A DNA stretch of 64,000 bases from Acidobacteriota bacterium. Lineage in GTDB: Bacteria; Acidobacteriota; Terriglobia; Terriglobales; Acidobacteriaceae. The DNA is taken from NCBI GenBank assembly GCA_019244045.1, contig JAFATF010000052.1:15636-79635 (forward strand). The letters run 5' to 3'. Positions 61,761 to 64,000 of the stretch are shown in pieces; position 1 is the first letter of the stretch; every line of letters begins with the position of its first letter. Position numbers and translations under genes: made by a program. The notes under the pieces were generated by a model. The model made no database searches. It saw only the letters and a list, made by a program, of their open reading frames with translations, and was not told the DNA's origin.

Positions 61761-61838
61761 GCCTTTTGCCTTGGGCTGGCTGGGGAGGAACGCTACTGCC
61801 CTCGTCCTCGTACAATCGAAGAGTCGCGAGGTCTCGCC

Positions 61839-62039
61839 ATGTTCACCTTCCTTCTGTGGTGCTTCCTTTTTTTCGTGTGCTGGCCTCTAGCTTTGGCTGC
61901 GCTGTTCCTGTATCCACTGGTGTGGCTGTTGTTGCTGCCTTTCCGAATCGTGGGAATTGGTGTGCACGCTGCTTTGCAGCTACTAAGGGCGCTAATTCTG
62001 CTGCCAGCCCGCCTGTTGGCTGCCCCATTTCGCCTTTGA
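61839..62039 (+). CDS. small membrane protein (66 aa, two predicted TM), hypothetical
   Basis: MFTFLLWCFLFFVCWPLALAALFLYPLVWLLLLPFRIVGIGVHAALQLL. GAGG 9 nt upstream of the ATG. The strongly hydrophobic, Trp/Pro-punctuated pattern looks protein-like rather than random. Confidence 0.5.
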   Translation: MFTFLLWCFLFFVCWPLALAALFLYPLVWLLLLPFRIVGIGVHAALQLLRALILLPARLLAAPFRL

Positions 62040-62142
62040 CGAACTCGAGCATGCCGAGAGGTTCCCATCCATGTCTTAGCAAATAGCAGAAGCGGGTCAG
62101 GTGTTTTACATCGGCGGCGATCATGGCTATAGTGCACGGATC

Positions 62143-62784
62143 ATGGCGGCAAAGACTTTCTGTCGAGAGTGCGGCCAGGAGGTAGACGAGGGGGCAGCTT
62201 TTTGTGTCCACTGCGGAGCGCGGCTGGAAGCCGTGTCGGTCTTATCCGCAGATGCAGCCGGAGCGACCGCAGCCCCCCTTACCCGGCAAACTCCCGAAGA
62301 TTTATCGAGGTATGGTCCCCACCCCTTTTCGACCGACATGCCTGTCCACTATGGCGGGTTTTGGGTGCGCCTGGCGGCCGTGCTCATCGATGCCATCGTC
62401 ATCGACATCGTCGTCCTCCCCCTAGCCTTCCTGCTGGGCGGAATGATTGCCGTCGCGTCGGTGGCGACTAGAATGCCGGCCGGGGGAGCACAGATTGTCG
62501 GCATGGTCGTGGGATTCGGGCTGGGCGTGTTCGCCGCCTGGATCTATGAGGCAGCGATGGAGAGCTCGGCAAAACGGGCGACGCTCGGCAAAATGATTCT
62601 TGGGTTGCAGGTCACAGATATGAATGGCGACCGCATTTGCTTCCTGCGAGCTACGGCGCGGCATTTCGCCAAGTACCTTTCAGGGCTGAGCCTATTGATC
62701 GGCTACATCATGGCAGGACTGTCGGAGAGGAAGCAGGCATTGCACGATCGCATGGCGAATACCTTGGTCACTTATAGGCGTTAA
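62143..62784 (+). CDS. zinc-ribbon + RDD family membrane protein
   Basis: Start moved to ATG 62143. CRECGQEV..FCVHCG zinc ribbon. RDD domain (GGFWVRLAAVLIDAIV..., ..LHDRMANTLV). Confidence 0.85.
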   Translation: MAAKTFCRECGQEVDEGAAFCVHCGARLEAVSVLSADAAGATAAPLTRQTPEDLSRYGPHPFSTDMPVHYGGFWVRLAAVLIDAIVIDIVVLPLAFLLGGMIAVASVATRMPAGGAQIVGMVVGFGLGVFAAWIYEAAMESSAKRATLGKMILGLQVTDMNGDRICFLRATARHFAKYLSGLSLLIGYIMAGLSERKQALHDRMANTLVTYRR

Positions 62785-62853
62785 AGTTTCGTCCGTCGTC
62801 CATTCGGTGGCCGGACGGGGGGCGACTGCCTGGCGGTGAAGAGCTCGGCAGCC

Positions 62854-63603
62854 CTAATGTCGCTGTTTGCGTTCGTCGCCGGCGATCAGTCCATCTTTGA
62901 TATGGATCACGCGGTGGGCGTATTCTGCGATATCGTGCTCGTGGGTGACCAGGACAATGGTGTTGCCTTGAGCGTGTAGGCGATCAAATAGGGCCATGAT
63001 TTCATTGCCGGTTTGCGAATCAAGGTTTCCTGTGGGCTCGTCGGCCAGGATGATGGAAGGACGATTCACCAGAGCCCGGGCAATGGCGACGCGCTGGCGT
63101 TGTCCACCGGACAGCTCGTTAGGCTTGTGCATCATGCGCTCTACCATACCGACTGCGGCCAGCGCTTGCTTGGCCCGTTCGATGCGTTCTTCGGTCGGAA
63201 CACCGGCGTAAATCAGCGGAAGCTCAACGTTGTGCAGCGAAGTTGCGCGGGCGAGCAGGTTGAAGGTCTGGAATACAAATCCGATCTCTTTGTTGCGAAT
63301 GCGCGCCAGTTCGTCGTCGTCGAGCTGGCTGACGAGTTGCGCGTTTAACCAATAGCGGCCCTGGCTGGGTGTGTCGAGGCAGCCGATCAGGTTCATCAGG
63401 GTTGACTTGCCCGAGCCAGATGGGCCCATGATGGCGACGTATTCGTTACGCTCGATACGCAGATTGACACCGCGAAGAGCATGCACCTGCTGTTCCGAAC
63501 CCATGTCGTAGGTCTTCCATAGATCTTCGGTGCAGATCATGCACGATTGGGCAGGCGCCAAGACTTCAGGGGGCGCCAAATTAATTACTTCTGCGGTGGC
63601 CAT
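62854..63603 (-). CDS. ABC transporter ATP-binding protein, MacB/LolD class
   Basis: Start moved to ATG 63603 (AAGGAG SD). Walker [11 protein letters not shown], signature [15 protein letters not shown], Walker [14 protein letters not shown]-loop VTHE. Confidence 0.95.
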   Translation of the reverse strand: MATAEVINLAPPEVLAPAQSCMICTEDLWKTYDMGSEQQVHALRGVNLRIERNEYVAIMGPSGSGKSTLMNLIGCLDTPSQGRYWLNAQLVSQLDDDELARIRNKEIGFVFQTFNLLARATSLHNVELPLIYAGVPTEERIERAKQALAAVGMVERMMHKPNELSGGQRQRVAIARALVNRPSIILADEPTGNLDSQTGNEIMALFDRLHAQGNTIVLVTHEHDIAEYAHRVIHIKDGLIAGDERKQRH

Positions 63604-63757
63604 TCTCTTCTCCTTATCATCTGCGGGCACGAGCCGCTCCTCGAGTGCTGGTCGACCGTTGGCCAAACCCGGACCAAACGTTAGACGGGCGTTCGGTATA
63701 AATGTTAGTGGTTAGCGTGTGTGTGAACGCGTGGCTGACCGTGTTCGGAAAACACAA

Positions 63758-64000
63758 CTAGCTTTGTTCTTGCTTGGCCTCCGGATTGTCTATTCTTACC
63801 TTGGAGCCCGGTTTCATGGTACGCAAAACCTTATAACTGCCCACGACGATTTCGTCACCTTCATCAATGCCTTTCACGACTTCGATATCAGTTGTGCCAG
63901 AAATACCCGTATCTACGGGAACAAAATCGGCTTTGCCTTTTCGAATGACGAACACGCCTTGAAGTTCTTGCTCATTGTCCTTGGATGCGGGCAGTTGAGG
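63758..64000 (-). CDS. HlyD/MacA-type periplasmic adaptor (membrane fusion protein), C-terminal part, truncated by the window edge
   Basis: The frame stays open to position 64000 (..PQLPASKDNEQELQGVFVIRKGKADFVPVDTGISG..VVGSYKVLRTMKPGSKVRI). Upstream of the ATPase on the same strand. Confidence 0.8.
   Translation of the reverse strand, partial: PQLPASKDNEQELQGVFVIRKGKADFVPVDTGISGTTDIEVVKGIDEGDEIVVGSYKVLRTMKPGSKVRIDNPEAKQEQS

Overview
This is a 64-kb, high-GC, densely coding core-chromosome segment from a diderm bacterium, since BamA and Skp are present. The envelope-protein repertoire (Big_2, PKD/NHL, FecR-domain, many lipobox proteins), the frequent low-complexity tails and the split atp locus suggest an Acidobacteriota-like lineage. 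That assignment is inference only. I call about 58 protein-coding genes. They include 2-oxoacid dehydrogenase E2 with the E1alpha/E1beta genes 8 kb away next to lipB, and mutS2 and hemB. The conserved rplM-rpsI and rpsB-tsf-pyrH-frr blocks are present, as are a molybdopterin oxidoreductase, bamA-skp, alr and glyA. There are sugar-modifying enzymes (a GT4 glycosyltransferase and a DegT aminotransferase), hfq-hflX, and an F1Fo atp operon that starts at b' and lacks a and c. The remainder includes purB, uvrA, pyrE, mtnA and parts of MacAB-type ABC systems. Many N-termini in the ORF track look over-extended. I moved those starts where a signal peptide, a conserved N-terminus or a Shine-Dalgarno (SD) ribosome-binding motif supported it. 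I recognised no rRNA, tRNA, CRISPR array, transposase, integrase, phage gene or obvious defence or biosynthetic cluster. I found no convincing multi-gene novel system, and the window is mostly housekeeping. The most unusual items are listed here. (1) A co-transcribed FecR-domain protein and a PKD x4/beta-propeller protein, whose last Ig-like domain is interrupted by a two-helix membrane hairpin with a lipobox-like motif. (2) An ATP synthase b subunit with a signal-peptide-like N-terminus and a roughly 65-residue extracytoplasmic extension, plus a gamma subunit with large insertions. (3) A roughly 41-residue insertion right after the zinc site of HemB. (4) A 57-codon Arg-rich ORF missing from the ORF track. 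(5) A consensus promoter with a structured leader of about 190 nt upstream of skp. (6) A TonB C-terminal remnant in a 480-nt gap. (7) ABC-system halves that lack partners. All family assignments come from motif recognition by eye, and none was checked against a database.
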